A DNA stretch of 64,000 nucleotides from an uncultured candidatus Brocadiaceae bacterium (GTDB taxonomy: Bacteria; Planctomycetota; Brocadiia; SM23-32). The notes below the pieces were generated by a model that was given only the letters and a program-made list of their open reading frames with translations, was not told the origin of the DNA and made no database searches. This document shows, piece by piece, positions 26,409 to 36,203 of the stretch (position 1 is its first letter; each line of letters starts with the position of its first letter). The position numbers were made by a program, and so were the translations under genes. The stretch is taken from assembly GCA_964421565.1 (NCBI GenBank), contig CAYQXJ010000002.1:193793-257792 (forward strand). The letters are read 5' to 3'.

Positions 26409-26609
26409 TTGCCTCCCCGGCTGCCTTTCGGTCTGCCCGTGAACCCCGCACGTATACCTACCATTCCCGACGCCCCCGCCGAGGAGTACGGTGCATGGGC
26501 CACGTTCGTCTGGGTCGCCGTCTACGCGCTGTTCATAGGCGGGCTGGTAGGCTACCTGCTGTGGAAGCTGCCGCGGCAGGACAACGGCGATGACGCGGGG
26601 GGCGAGTGA
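26409..26609 (+). CDS. Candidate small membrane protein (66 aa, single TM); TTG start
   Basis: Lies downstream of the consensus promoter. The TM segment is WATFVWVAVYALFIGGLVGYLLW. GC3 is high and consistent with coding. No homology is recognised, and an alternative overlapping frame exists. Confidence 0.3.
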   Translation: MPPRLPFGLPVNPARIPTIPDAPAEEYGAWATFVWVAVYALFIGGLVGYLLWKLPRQDNGDDAGGE

Positions 26610-26666
26610 GCCGCTTCCACAGTTCACCCCTCCCCGCGCAATTCCCCTGCCCCGTGGCGTAGCTGC

Positions 26667-28145
26667 TCAGCGGACCGGGCGGCGGGCCGTGATCCATGTG
26701 CCGACGCCCCGTTCAGGGTCGTACACGCGCAACAGCACACGGCTGCCGGGTGCCACGGCGCTCAGCTTGCGGCGGTAGTCCTCCACGGACGCGACTCTCT
26801 GGCGGTTGACGCTCTCGATGACCTGTCCGGGCTTCAGGTAGCGCGCGGGGGGGCTCTCCGGGTCGACATCCGCTATGATGACGCCCTCCATCTGCGGCCT
26901 GCCCATCTGCTTGGCCATCTCGGGTGTCAGGTTCCGCACGGTCAGCCCCAGCCAGTCCTCGGCGAGGGCGGAGGAAGCCAGGTCGCCGACTTTCACCTTC
27001 AAAGTTTTGCGAGCGCCCTCGCGCCAGACCACGATCTTGGCGGTGGTGTTCGGTTCTGTGGCAGTGACTCTCTGCTGGAGCTGGTCGATGGTGGATAGTG
27101 ATTTGCCGTTGTATTCCATGATGATGTCTCCCGCCTTGAGTCCCGCTTCTTCGGCGGGGGAGCCTTCGACGACGTGGTCCACGAGCACTCCGTCAGTGCC
27201 TTCGTAGTCGAACATTTCGGCCATCTCGGGCGTGAGGTTCCTGATGCTGACGCCCAGCCAGCCGCGGACGGGTTCTCGGCCAGCGATCAGGTCGTCCAGT
27301 ATGCCTCTTGCCATGTTGATGGGAATGGCGAATCCGATACCCATATAGCCGCCTGTGCGGCTGTAGATAGCCGTGTTGATGCCGACTACTTCGCCGCGCA
27401 GGTTGATCAGCGGGCCGCCGCTGTTGCCCGGGTTGATGGCTGCGTCGGTCTGGATCATGCTCTCGTAGTCGAGCTTGGTGATGCCGCTGCGTCCCTTAGC
27501 GCTCACGATGCCGGCGCTGACGGTCTGCGTCAGGCCGAAAGGGCTTCCCACGGCGAGCACCCACTGCGCGACTTGCAGCGTCTCGCTGTCACCCAGTTCG
27601 CCCGTGGGCAGGTCTCCGAACTCGCCGTCCAGCCTGATGACGGCCAGGTCGGTCTTGGGGTCGGAGCCGATAACCTCGGCGGCGAATCGGCGTCCGTCGG
27701 CAAGCTGGACCTCCAGCTCGTCCGCTTCGGCCACTACATGATTGTTGGTCAGGATGTTCCCGTCCTGGTCCAGGATGACGCCTGAGCCGAGCCCGGGGAT
27801 GCGCCTCTCGCGTTGTCCGCCGCCGAAGAACTCCTCCATCTCCGGCATCTGGCGACGGAAGAACTCGTCGAAAGGGCTATCGAAGAAGCGCGGTGTGCGC
27901 TGCACGACAACCCTTGTGGACTGGATGGAGACGACGGCAGGCTTCACTCGGGCGGCGGCGTGCTGGAACAGCCGCTCCAGCCTGCCGGCGAACTCGGCAA
28001 GCTCCTCTACCTCGGCGCTGTCTTCGATACGGTCACCGGCAGCTACGGGGGCCGGCCCCGGTGGGCTCACAACGCCGTTGAGCGCCAGGCCGACCGCAAG
28101 GCCCACTGCGACGAGCACCACCGCTCCCACTCTCTTCACACGCAT
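26667..28145 (-). CDS. degP: Periplasmic serine endoprotease DegP/HtrA (Do family) with two PDZ domains
   Basis: His/Asp/Ser triad context: NNHVV, DLAVIRL, GNSGGPL. Two PDZ-like segments. Signal anchor MRVKRVGAVVLVAVGLAVGLA. The start is chosen at Met80 of the listed ORF. Confidence 0.85.
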   Translation of the reverse strand: MRVKRVGAVVLVAVGLAVGLALNGVVSPPGPAPVAAGDRIEDSAEVEELAEFAGRLERLFQHAAARVKPAVVSIQSTRVVVQRTPRFFDSPFDEFFRRQMPEMEEFFGGGQRERRIPGLGSGVILDQDGNILTNNHVVAEADELEVQLADGRRFAAEVIGSDPKTDLAVIRLDGEFGDLPTGELGDSETLQVAQWVLAVGSPFGLTQTVSAGIVSAKGRSGITKLDYESMIQTDAAINPGNSGGPLINLRGEVVGINTAIYSRTGGYMGIGFAIPINMARGILDDLIAGREPVRGWLGVSIRNLTPEMAEMFDYEGTDGVLVDHVVEGSPAEEAGLKAGDIIMEYNGKSLSTIDQLQQRVTATEPNTTAKIVVWREGARKTLKVKVGDLASSALAEDWLGLTVRNLTPEMAKQMGRPQMEGVIIADVDPESPPARYLKPGQVIESVNRQRVASVEDYRRKLSAVAPGSRVLLRVYDPERGVGTWITARRPVR

Positions 28146-28380
28146 TTCCCTTCTCCCTTCGTCTTTATGTCCATTATTCGCCGTTCGAGTGCGGTCCCTC
28201 AGCGGCAATGCGCAGAGAGTACCTTTGGTAGCCGGACCGTGGTGTTTGTTCACGCGTAACCCCACATGCATTATAGGGATGGCAGGTCGGCCCGTAAAGC
28301 CGCGGGACTTTGCGCACCTCGGCGCGCGGGCTATACTGGAGCGTCCGAAACGGCCCAACCGAACCGGGAGCACCCAACGC

Positions 28381-29460
28381 ATGGAGCAAGAGAGCCTGAA
28401 GATGCTGCAGGAGCTGAGCCAGCTGGACGGCGTGCCCGGCTGCGAACAGCACGTGCGCGCCTACATCCGCGAGCGGCTCGAGGGCGTCGCCGAGTTCGAC
28501 ACCGACAACCTGGGTAGCCTCGTGTGCACGAAGAGGGGGCAGAGCGACGGCCCACGGGTTATGCTGCCCGCCCACATGGACGAGGTCGGTTTCATCGTGA
28601 AGGACATAACCGAGGAGGGATACATCCGCTTCGCGCCGCTTGGCGGCTGGCTGGACCAGGTGCTGCTCGGCCATACCGTGCGGGTCGGGGCCCGCAACGG
28701 TGACCGAACAGGCGTCATCGGCTGCACCCCTCCGCACATGATGCCGAAGGAACAGCGCGACAAGGTGATTCAGCGCAAGAAGATGTTCATCGACATCGGC
28801 GCCGACGATAAGGAACAGGCGACCGAGGTGTTCGGCGTGCGGATAGGCGACCCCATCGTGCCCGTTCAGCCCTTTGAAGCGCTGGGCGAAGGGGGCGAAT
28901 ACCTGCTCTCAAAGGCGTGGGACGACCGCGTCGGCTGCGCGCTGATGATCGACACGCTGCGCAGGCTGCAGGACGTGGAGCATCCGAACACTGTCTGCGC
29001 CGTGGGCACTACGCAGGAGGAAGTAGGCACGCGGGGGGCCGAGACCGCCGCGGACGTGGTGAACCCGGACCTCTGCGTGGTGCTCGACGTCGGCCTCGGC
29101 ACCGACATGCCCGGCGTGGAGAACGAGGTCAAGGTGAAGCTCGGCAAGGGCCCGGCCATCTACGTGCTCGACGCCGGCACCATCGCCCACCGGCGCTTCA
29201 ACGACTTCCTGGTCGAGGTGGCCGAGCAGAATGACGTGCCATACCAGATGAGCCTGATCGAAGGGGGCGCCACCGACGCCCGCGCCATCGGCGTGCACGG
29301 CCGCGGTGTGCCGAGCGTGCTGGTCGGAATACCGGCCCGCTACATCCACAGCCACGCCGGCATCATCCATGCGGACGACTACGACGCCACGCTCAGCCTT
29401 CTGGTGTCCCTGATGCAGGCCCTCTCGCAGCAGAAGGCGGACGAGTTCATCGGGGGATGA
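28381..29460 (+). CDS. M42 family metallo-aminopeptidase (FrvX/YsdC/glutamyl aminopeptidase-like)
   Basis: LPAHMDEVGFIV, AWDDRVGCA, GTTQEEVGTRGAE and IPARYIHS are M42 signatures. The start is chosen at MEQESLKM; the listed 572-aa ORF extends far upstream and is antisense to degP. Confidence 0.75.
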   Translation: MEQESLKMLQELSQLDGVPGCEQHVRAYIRERLEGVAEFDTDNLGSLVCTKRGQSDGPRVMLPAHMDEVGFIVKDITEEGYIRFAPLGGWLDQVLLGHTVRVGARNGDRTGVIGCTPPHMMPKEQRDKVIQRKKMFIDIGADDKEQATEVFGVRIGDPIVPVQPFEALGEGGEYLLSKAWDDRVGCALMIDTLRRLQDVEHPNTVCAVGTTQEEVGTRGAETAADVVNPDLCVVLDVGLGTDMPGVENEVKVKLGKGPAIYVLDAGTIAHRRFNDFLVEVAEQNDVPYQMSLIEGGATDARAIGVHGRGVPSVLVGIPARYIHSHAGIIHADDYDATLSLLVSLMQALSQQKADEFIGG

Positions 29461-30428
29461 AGCGAGTGAGTGCGAGTGCAGGCGCGAATCCCCCCCTACG
29501 AGAGATCCTGCTGGGCCTGGAGCGCGACGGACCGTCGGCCGGGACCTTGCGCTCGCTGAGGAGGCGGATGGCCGGCGACCCGGCGAGCCTCGCTCTGCTT
29601 GGGATCGGATGGGATGCCGCCTGGGATGTTGTCGGCAGGGCAACGCTCTACCGGGCTTGTGCCGACCTCTGCCCATCCGTTCAGATGGAGGTGGCGGGTC
29701 ACCCGGTTCGGGCGCAACTGGCACGGGAGGGGCTCTGGTGCTGCTACCTGCCCCTCGTCCAGGTAGCGCTAAGCCGATGGTCGCGGCTGCAGCGGCGCGT
29801 GCTGGTCGGGATTGCCGGGGCGGGGGCTTCCGGCAAATCTGTCTTCGCCGCTCTGATCAGTCGCATCCTGAACCGCGTGGGCGGAATCCGGGCGGCGGTC
29901 TGTGCCCTGGACGGTTTTCACTATCCCAACGCCTACCTCGATGCCCATCACACCACGCTGGAGGACGGCGAACGCGTGCCGCTGCGGCGCGTGAAGGGCT
30001 CGCCTGCGAGCTTCGACGTCGGGGCGTTCGTGCAGGCGCTGCGAGATCTGAGAGAACAGGAAGAGGTGCGGCTGCCGCGCTACGACCGGAAGATCCATGA
30101 CCCGGTGCCGGACGCCGTCCGCATCGGCACGGAGGTCGGCATCGTGCTGGTTGAGGGCAACTACCTGTTGCTGGATGACGGGCAGTGGTCGCAGATCGGA
30201 GACCTGCTCGACATGAGGCTCTTCATTGATGTGCCGCAGCAGGAGCTCCGGCGGGCGATGGTGGAGCGCCACGTGGCCGGTGGGAGGTCGGCGCAGGAGG
30301 CCCGCCGGTATTACGAGCGCGTTGATCGGCGCAACGCCGAACTTATCCTGCTGACGGCCGTGCGCGCTGACATCGTGCTGCACCGAGACGCACGGCAACG
30401 GCTTGTGGGCATGACGCCGGCCCCGTAA
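29457..30428 (+). CDS. P-loop kinase of the phosphoribulokinase / uridine kinase / pantothenate kinase (FrcK-like) family
   Basis: Walker A VLVGIAGAGASGKS, then DGFHYPN and LVEGNYLL lid-like motifs. The ATGA start overlaps the previous stop. Confidence 0.55.
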   Translation: MKRVSASAGANPPLREILLGLERDGPSAGTLRSLRRRMAGDPASLALLGIGWDAAWDVVGRATLYRACADLCPSVQMEVAGHPVRAQLAREGLWCCYLPLVQVALSRWSRLQRRVLVGIAGAGASGKSVFAALISRILNRVGGIRAAVCALDGFHYPNAYLDAHHTTLEDGERVPLRRVKGSPASFDVGAFVQALRDLREQEEVRLPRYDRKIHDPVPDAVRIGTEVGIVLVEGNYLLLDDGQWSQIGDLLDMRLFIDVPQQELRRAMVERHVAGGRSAQEARRYYERVDRRNAELILLTAVRADIVLHRDARQRLVGMTPAP

Positions 30429-30498
30429 CGGTTTGCGGTGCGCCCTGCCCTGTGATATAAGACATCGCCACTGGATAGCCCCCTGGCGGAGATGCCCC

Positions 30499-31470
30499 AT
30501 GGCGCTGGAGATAGGTTTCATCGGTTGCGGTTGGGTTGCGGGCCAACACGTGGAGGCGCTCAGCAAGATACCTGACGCCCAGATCACGGCCTTCTGCGAC
30601 GTGGACGAGGAGCGCGCCGTCGAGGCAGCGGCGCATCACGCCGGGGCTGGCGCCTATGTCGACTACCACGACATGCTCGCCGACGCAGCCCCAGACGCCG
30701 TCTACGTCTGCGTCCCCCCCCACGCGCACGGCGAAATAGAGGCGGCCCTCATCGAGCGCCGGGTTCCCTTCTTCCTGGAGAAGCCGCTCGCCAACGACCT
30801 GGCCACCGCGCAGAACGTGCTGGAACAGCTCGAAGGGGCGGACCTCATCACGGGCGTCGGCTACTTGATGCGCTGGCAGCAGAACGTGGCCCGAGTGAAG
30901 GAGTTCCTGACTGACCGCGAGCCGGTGGTGGCGCGGGGAACCTATCTGTGCAGCGTGCCGCCGCCCCCGTGGTGGCGCCGCAAGGAACAGAGCGGCGGCC
31001 AGATCGTCGAACAATCGACCCACATCTACGACCTGACTCGTTACCTGTTCGGGGATGTGGAGACCGTATTCTGCCGCGGCCGTCGGGGCCTGATCACCGA
31101 GATGGACGGCTACACGGTGGACGACGCGAGCGTCTGCACCCTGCAGTTCGCCAGCGGCGTGCTGTGCGAGATCACCAGCAGTTGCGCATGCCAGATGACC
31201 AACATCTCGCTGGAGGTCTTCACCCGCGACGGGCGGGCATTGCTCAGTGAATGGCCGTTTGGGCTGACGATTGAGACCGCCTCGCAGACACGCTCCTATC
31301 CGCAGGGGGGGTGCGGTTTCCTGGAGGAGGATCAGGCGTTCGTCGCCGCCGTTCTGGCAGGGGACGCCTCCGGCATCCGGAGCACATACCGGGATGCCTT
31401 CCGAACGCACGCGGTCACTTGCGCGGCGGAGCAGTCCATGAGCACCGGCGAACCGGTGCAGGTCGGTTGA
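30499..31470 (+). CDS. Gfo/Idh/MocA family NAD(P)-dependent oxidoreductase
   Basis: Rossmann start MALEIGFIGCGWVAGQH and the EKPLA motif. The start is chosen at Met23 of the listed ORF. Confidence 0.75.
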   Translation: MALEIGFIGCGWVAGQHVEALSKIPDAQITAFCDVDEERAVEAAAHHAGAGAYVDYHDMLADAAPDAVYVCVPPHAHGEIEAALIERRVPFFLEKPLANDLATAQNVLEQLEGADLITGVGYLMRWQQNVARVKEFLTDREPVVARGTYLCSVPPPPWWRRKEQSGGQIVEQSTHIYDLTRYLFGDVETVFCRGRRGLITEMDGYTVDDASVCTLQFASGVLCEITSSCACQMTNISLEVFTRDGRALLSEWPFGLTIETASQTRSYPQGGCGFLEEDQAFVAAVLAGDASGIRSTYRDAFRTHAVTCAAEQSMSTGEPVQVG

Positions 31471-31471
31471 T

Positions 31472-32011
31472 ATGACGGCACCTGAGAGAGAGCAGCACGG
31501 CGGCCCATTGACCGGCAGCGCGCTGTGCCTGGGGCTGGGGGCGCTGGTCGGGGTATACGGGCTGGGGGCTCTGGTGATGGGGCGGGCTTACCTGCCGGGT
31601 CTCTGGAGGCCGCGCTGGATGGTGACCGGAGCGGACGGGGTGGCTCTGGCCCTCGTGTACGTGGTTCTCGGGCTGCTGCTTGCTTTTCGATGGTCGTTCT
31701 TCCGACAGTACGTCGCGGGGGTGGGACTGGCGGTGTTCGGGGTGTTCTACGGCGCCTATGCGCTTTTGGTGGGTGAGAGCTACTTGCCGGGCCTGCGGGG
31801 CGGCACCTCGGCCGTTACCGGCACGCACGGACGCGGTGTGGCGATCGCCTACCTGGCGGGGGGGCTTTTTCTGTTTTCGCGGTTCTTCGCGGAGCAACGC
31901 GTCCATCGGGAGGGCAACCGCGCGCAGCTCTACTTCGTGCAGATCGTTCTGCTGCTGGTGTTGATCGCGGCGCTCATTTATGTGCTGCTGAACGTGGGCA
32001 CGGCGGGCTAA
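31472..32011 (+). CDS. Hypothetical polytopic membrane protein
   Basis: 179 aa with 4-5 hydrophobic helices. It starts 2 nt after the upstream stop. No family recognised. Confidence 0.45.
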   Translation: MTAPEREQHGGPLTGSALCLGLGALVGVYGLGALVMGRAYLPGLWRPRWMVTGADGVALALVYVVLGLLLAFRWSFFRQYVAGVGLAVFGVFYGAYALLVGESYLPGLRGGTSAVTGTHGRGVAIAYLAGGLFLFSRFFAEQRVHREGNRAQLYFVQIVLLLVLIAALIYVLLNVGTAG

Positions 32012-32751
32012 TGCGTCTCCTGCAGGATGCGCCGCAGGTAGTCCTCCACGGATCGGCCAGCCGGCGCCGACTCTCTGATTACTATGCTCTGCGGCGCGCC
32101 GGTGTTCTCCTCGTGCATCTTCGCCACGCGCGCGAAGTTGAAGCCGGGCTGGTAGTAACGCAGGCGCAGGCGGCGGTCGACGATTAAGATGGCCGGCACG
32201 GCGGCTGGCTCCCGCGCGCCGATGGCTTTGGCCAGTTTGCGCAGCGCGTTTTGGGACAGGTCGTCGTAATAGAGCGGCGCGGCGATCCGCTGCTGGGCGG
32301 CGAAGACGGGGGCGTAATCAGCCCCGCGTGTCCTCTGCACCAGCCCTACCGCGCGCACACGCACCCGGCCATAGTGGCGAGCGAGGTCGCTGGCATGCTG
32401 CATCGCCGCCTGGCCCTCCGGCGTCTCGACGCTCCAGGCTACCAGCAGCGTCACGAACCCCGCCTTGCCGGGCTGGATCGTCTGTTCGCGCCCCTCCCTG
32501 GTCGTGACCCGGATCTGGGGCGTCTCCGGCGCCTGTTCCCCCTTCAAGAAGCGTGGCTCTGAATCCCTGGAAACGGCGCTGAGCGCATCGAAAAGGTCGC
32601 CTTCGGGTGCCTGACTTTGGGAGGCGGCCGGCAACTCGGGCAGCTCGGCGGTGGCTGGCGCCGGACGGATGGGCACGGTCTGCGGTTTCCCGCTGCAGCC
32701 GAAGGCGAGCAGGATGAGGGGCACGATGAGGGCCTTGCGTGCGGTGTTCAT
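32008..32751 (-). CDS. Hypothetical lipoprotein
   Basis: Signal peptide with a lipobox (LILLAFGCSG). Soluble body. It shares a 4-nt overlap with tmk upstream. Confidence 0.5.
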   Translation of the reverse strand: MNTARKALIVPLILLAFGCSGKPQTVPIRPAPATAELPELPAASQSQAPEGDLFDALSAVSRDSEPRFLKGEQAPETPQIRVTTREGREQTIQPGKAGFVTLLVAWSVETPEGQAAMQHASDLARHYGRVRVRAVGLVQRTRGADYAPVFAAQQRIAAPLYYDDLSQNALRKLAKAIGAREPAAVPAILIVDRRLRLRYYQPGFNFARVAKMHEENTGAPQSIVIRESAPAGRSVEDYLRRILQETH

Positions 32752-33488
32752 CTCTCCTCCCCGCTGGTGGGCATGTTCTGCACAGTATTGTCATTAGTAT
32801 ACAGCACCCGGCGGGCTGCCTCCCAGACGCGGGCTGCGATCCGCCGGGGCGGCAGCAGTTGGTTCTGTTCTGTGCAACTGACGGTGGCCCACCTCTCGGG
32901 CGTCTCGCGCGCAATCTCCCGATACGCCTGGCCGGTCGCGCTCAGGTATTGCGCGTCCGCCTCATGGATGTCGTGGTTTTCAGCCGCGCCGGTCTCGGCG
33001 TTGCGCCTGCGCACGAGTTCGAGGGCGAGTTCGCTCGGCATGTCGAGCAGAACGTTCAGGTCGGCGCTGGGGAGTCCGAAGACCTCGTGCTCAAGCTCCA
33101 GGTTCCAGCGGTAGAACTGCCGCCGTTCGTCCGGGCGGGTCAGTTTGCTGCCCTGGTGGGCCAGGTTGGCCGCCACGTAGCGGTTGCAGAGCACCACGCG
33201 GCCGGCCTGCAGCCAGGCGCGCAGTTGGGGGGCGGCCTGCCAGCGGTCGCAGGCGTAGGGCAGGGCGGCCAGGTATGGGCTCACTTTGCCGGCTTCGGCT
33301 GCGAACTCGCCTCTCAGGTAGCGCTCGATCAGGTCGGCGAAGAAGCTCTGTCCGTAGCGGGGGAAGGAGACCTGCTCCACTGAGAAGCCCTCCGCCGTCA
33401 GGCGTTCCCGCAGCAGGTCCGTCTGCGTCGTCTTGCCGCTGGCGTCGATGCCACAGAGTGCGATCAGTCGACCGATTCCTGTGGGCAT
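32748..33488 (-). CDS. tmk: Thymidylate kinase-like P-loop kinase
   Basis: IALCGIDASGKTTQ P-loop and the NRY motif. The start is chosen at Met28 (MPTGIGRL). Confidence 0.6.
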   Translation of the reverse strand: MPTGIGRLIALCGIDASGKTTQTDLLRERLTAEGFSVEQVSFPRYGQSFFADLIERYLRGEFAAEAGKVSPYLAALPYACDRWQAAPQLRAWLQAGRVVLCNRYVAANLAHQGSKLTRPDERRQFYRWNLELEHEVFGLPSADLNVLLDMPSELALELVRRRNAETGAAENHDIHEADAQYLSATGQAYREIARETPERWATVSCTEQNQLLPPRRIAARVWEAARRVLYTNDNTVQNMPTSGEER

Positions 33489-33507
33489 GCCGGGCTCCCT
33501 TGCTTCT

Positions 33508-34791
33508 TTATAGGCCGAAGATGCGCACGGCGTTGTCGTGCAGCAGCAACCGGGCCAGCTCGACCGCATCGACCTCCGTGCCGAGCCCGACCTCCACGAA
33601 ATCGCTCGCCAGCACGCGGGCCAGCACGCGGCGGTACATGTTGAACTTCGACAGCCCGAACTCCAGCTTGTACATGTCGCTGTAATAGCCGATGAGCTTG
33701 TTCTTCGGCACGCTCTGCAGTCGCGCCGCCAGGTCGGGGGCGATGTATGCCGGCACGTTCAGATACCACCAATGGCCGCTCAGAACGGCGTTCTGCACGA
33801 TCCAGCCGTAGCTGTTCAGCTCCTGTGTCTGGCTGGCGCTGAGCACGGACAGGCAGAAGGTCACTTCCGGGTAATAGTTCAGCAGCGGCAGCAGACCGTG
33901 CAGCGTATCGCCGGAGTGGGGCAGGTCGGTGCCCTGCGGCACACCGTGCGCGTAGGCGCCCCGCAGAGCGCCGCACATGACCTGGAAAGGCAGGTGGCAG
34001 TCGGCACATAGCTCGCTCAGCGAGTAGAGCACGGCAGAGTGCACGGCCGAGGCCGTGTCGGGGTCCAGCTCGTCGGCTGCAAGCATTGCCTCCACGGCGA
34101 TCTCGAAGTCCACCTCGTCGGGGCTCCAGACCATGAAGTGCGGGGGCAGCGATATGGCCAGGCTCCGGGCGCCATGTGCGCGAAAGCGCTCCACGATCCG
34201 GCCCAGGGCGTCTCGCAGCGAGGCCAGGTCGGCTATGTTCACGCCGCTCGCCTCTTCGACCGAGGCCCGCATCTGGCTGCGCGGCAGGTCGAAGACCAGG
34301 TTGTCCGCCCGCAGCGAGGGGACGAACAGGTCCGTGTCGATCGCCTCCAGGTCTTCATCGAAGCTGTTTGTGAGGAATACCTTCTCGATGTGCGAGAGCT
34401 CCAGCACCTGGGCGGCGCGCTCCGGGCGTGCGCCGCATTCCTCGACGGCGTCCGCGAGTCGTTCCCAGTTGTCGGGGGTCAGCCGAGGATGCGGGAACCC
34501 GAACAGCGCCTGGGCCAGCTCGATCAGCCAGCTATACTGCACCGTGTTGTCGATGTTGCGCATGGCCTCCAGCAGGCCGGGTATCATGCGCTCTGCAGGT
34601 CGCCTGGCGACGATCTCCTCGCGGTCCATGCCGCTGCTGTGCGCCAGCTCGGTATAGTAGTGATACCCGAGCAGGTCGCCGAGGTTCTCGGCAACGGGCG
34701 CCTGAGCGGGCACGTGCGAGTGCACGTCGACCACGGGGATGGTCATTATCTCTTCGAGCAGGCGTTCTTCGAGCAGCCGGGATGCCGTCAT
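33508..34791 (-). CDS. Glucuronate isomerase (UxaC)-like amidohydrolase-fold protein
   Basis: N-terminal IPVVDVHSHVPAQAPVAENLGDLLGYHYYTELAHSSGM parallels UxaC IIDYHCHLPPQQIAEN...GDHYKWRAMR. It is 427 aa. The listed 851-aa ORF is a read-through of this gene plus the next one. Confidence 0.55.
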   Translation of the reverse strand: MTASRLLEERLLEEIMTIPVVDVHSHVPAQAPVAENLGDLLGYHYYTELAHSSGMDREEIVARRPAERMIPGLLEAMRNIDNTVQYSWLIELAQALFGFPHPRLTPDNWERLADAVEECGARPERAAQVLELSHIEKVFLTNSFDEDLEAIDTDLFVPSLRADNLVFDLPRSQMRASVEEASGVNIADLASLRDALGRIVERFRAHGARSLAISLPPHFMVWSPDEVDFEIAVEAMLAADELDPDTASAVHSAVLYSLSELCADCHLPFQVMCGALRGAYAHGVPQGTDLPHSGDTLHGLLPLLNYYPEVTFCLSVLSASQTQELNSYGWIVQNAVLSGHWWYLNVPAYIAPDLAARLQSVPKNKLIGYYSDMYKLEFGLSKFNMYRRVLARVLASDFVEVGLGTEVDAVELARLLLHDNAVRIFGL

Positions 34792-34811
34792 GGTTTCTTT
34801 CTCTTTCGCGT

Positions 34812-36185
34812 TCAGTTGTTCAACGATTGCAGCGGGGCCGGTATGCGCCCGCCCCGGCGCACGAGCTTCGATGCGGCGCCCACTCCCCGCACGGGCAGAA
34901 TGACGCTGCGCCCGAAGAGCCCTCCGAACACCGCCATCTGCCCGGCCTGCTTGCCGGGAACCGGTATCAGGCGCACGGCGGTCGTCTTGCGGTTGATGAC
35001 TCCGATGCTCGCCTCGTCCGCTATCAGCGCAGCAATGGTCTCGGCATCCACGTCGCCAGGCACCGCGATCATGTCGAGCCCGACCGAACAGACGCTCGTC
35101 ATCGCCTCCAGCTTCTCCAGTGTCAGCTCGCCGGCGCCGGCCGCATCGGCCAGGGCGCTGTCTTCGCTGACGGGTATGAAGGCGCCGCTGAGCCCCCCGA
35201 CGGAACTGCTGGCGAACATGCCGCCTTTCTTCACCGCGTCGTTGAGCATTGCCACGGCGGCCGTGGAGCCGGGAGCCCCGATCCGCGTGACACCCATCGC
35301 CTGCAGAATCTCCCCGACGCTGTCGCCGACTGTTGGCGTCGGGGCGAGGGAAAGGTCGACGATGCCGAACTCGACCCCGAGGCGAGCGGCCACCTCGCGC
35401 CCGATCAGCTCCCCCACGCGGGTGACGCGGAACGAGGTCTTCTTCACGTGTTCGGCGATCTCGCCGAGGTCGGCATCGGGCCTCTCTTCGCACAGCCTTT
35501 CCACGGCGCGCTTGACGACGCCCGGGCCGCTGACACCGATGTTGACCACGCTGTCGGCTTCGCCGTAGCCGAGGTAGGCGCCGGCCATGAAGGGGTTGTC
35601 CTCCGGGATATTGGCAAACACCACCAGCTTGGCGCAACCGAAACCGTCCCGCTCGGCCGTGCGGCGCGATAGCTCCAGTATGCGAGCGGCAACCAGGTTG
35701 ATGGCGTCGACGTTGATGCCCGCCGCCGTGCTCGCCACGTTGACCGAGGCGCAGACGCGCTCGGTCTCGCTCAACGCGCGGGGGATGGCATTGATGAGCG
35801 CATGCTCCGACGGCGTCATGCCCTTCTGCACCAGCGCGGTGAAGCCGCCCACCAGGTCCACCCCGACCTCGGCGGCCGACTCGTCGAGCGTGTGGGCCAC
35901 GCGGCGGAACGCCTCCTCCTTGCCCCCGGCCGCCAGGGCGCTCACCGGGCTGAGGGCGATCCGCTTGTTGACGATGGGTATGCCATATCTGTGACCCACT
36001 TCCCGGCAGACCTTCACCATGTCGCCCGCCCGGCTGCGGATCTTCATGGATACCTTGCGGCACAGCCGGTGCACGTCCGGATCGGCGCAGTCCAGCAGGT
36101 TGATGCCGAGGGTCACGGTGCGCACGTCCAGGTGTTCCTCGCGGAACATGCGCAACGTAGTCATAATGTCTTCGGTGCGCAGCAT
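34812..36185 (-). CDS. UPF0210 (DUF711) family protein
   Basis: LRMFREEHLDVRTVTLGINLLDC ... LVVFANIPEDNPFMAGA ... GLSGAFIPVSED ... GGRIPAPLQS matches the UPF0210 family end to end. Confidence 0.8.
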   Translation of the reverse strand: MLRTEDIMTTLRMFREEHLDVRTVTLGINLLDCADPDVHRLCRKVSMKIRSRAGDMVKVCREVGHRYGIPIVNKRIALSPVSALAAGGKEEAFRRVAHTLDESAAEVGVDLVGGFTALVQKGMTPSEHALINAIPRALSETERVCASVNVASTAAGINVDAINLVAARILELSRRTAERDGFGCAKLVVFANIPEDNPFMAGAYLGYGEADSVVNIGVSGPGVVKRAVERLCEERPDADLGEIAEHVKKTSFRVTRVGELIGREVAARLGVEFGIVDLSLAPTPTVGDSVGEILQAMGVTRIGAPGSTAAVAMLNDAVKKGGMFASSSVGGLSGAFIPVSEDSALADAAGAGELTLEKLEAMTSVCSVGLDMIAVPGDVDAETIAALIADEASIGVINRKTTAVRLIPVPGKQAGQMAVFGGLFGRSVILPVRGVGAASKLVRRGGRIPAPLQSLNN

Positions 36186-36203
36186 GTCTCTCCCCTCGGC
36201 GGC

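Noticed and set aside
27742-29460. 572-aa ORF for the M42 peptidase
   Set aside because: The upstream 213 codons are antisense to degP and low-complexity. Peptidase homology and an ATG with promoter-like TTGCGC-16-TATACT context start at 28381.
33508-36063. Single 851-aa ORF
   Set aside because: It is a stop-free read-through of two genes. The downstream 427 aa form a UxaC-like protein starting at the ATG at 34791. The upstream part overlaps the independently framed UPF0210 gene (34812-36185). The N-terminal 424 aa of the long frame are Arg/Gly-rich nonsense.
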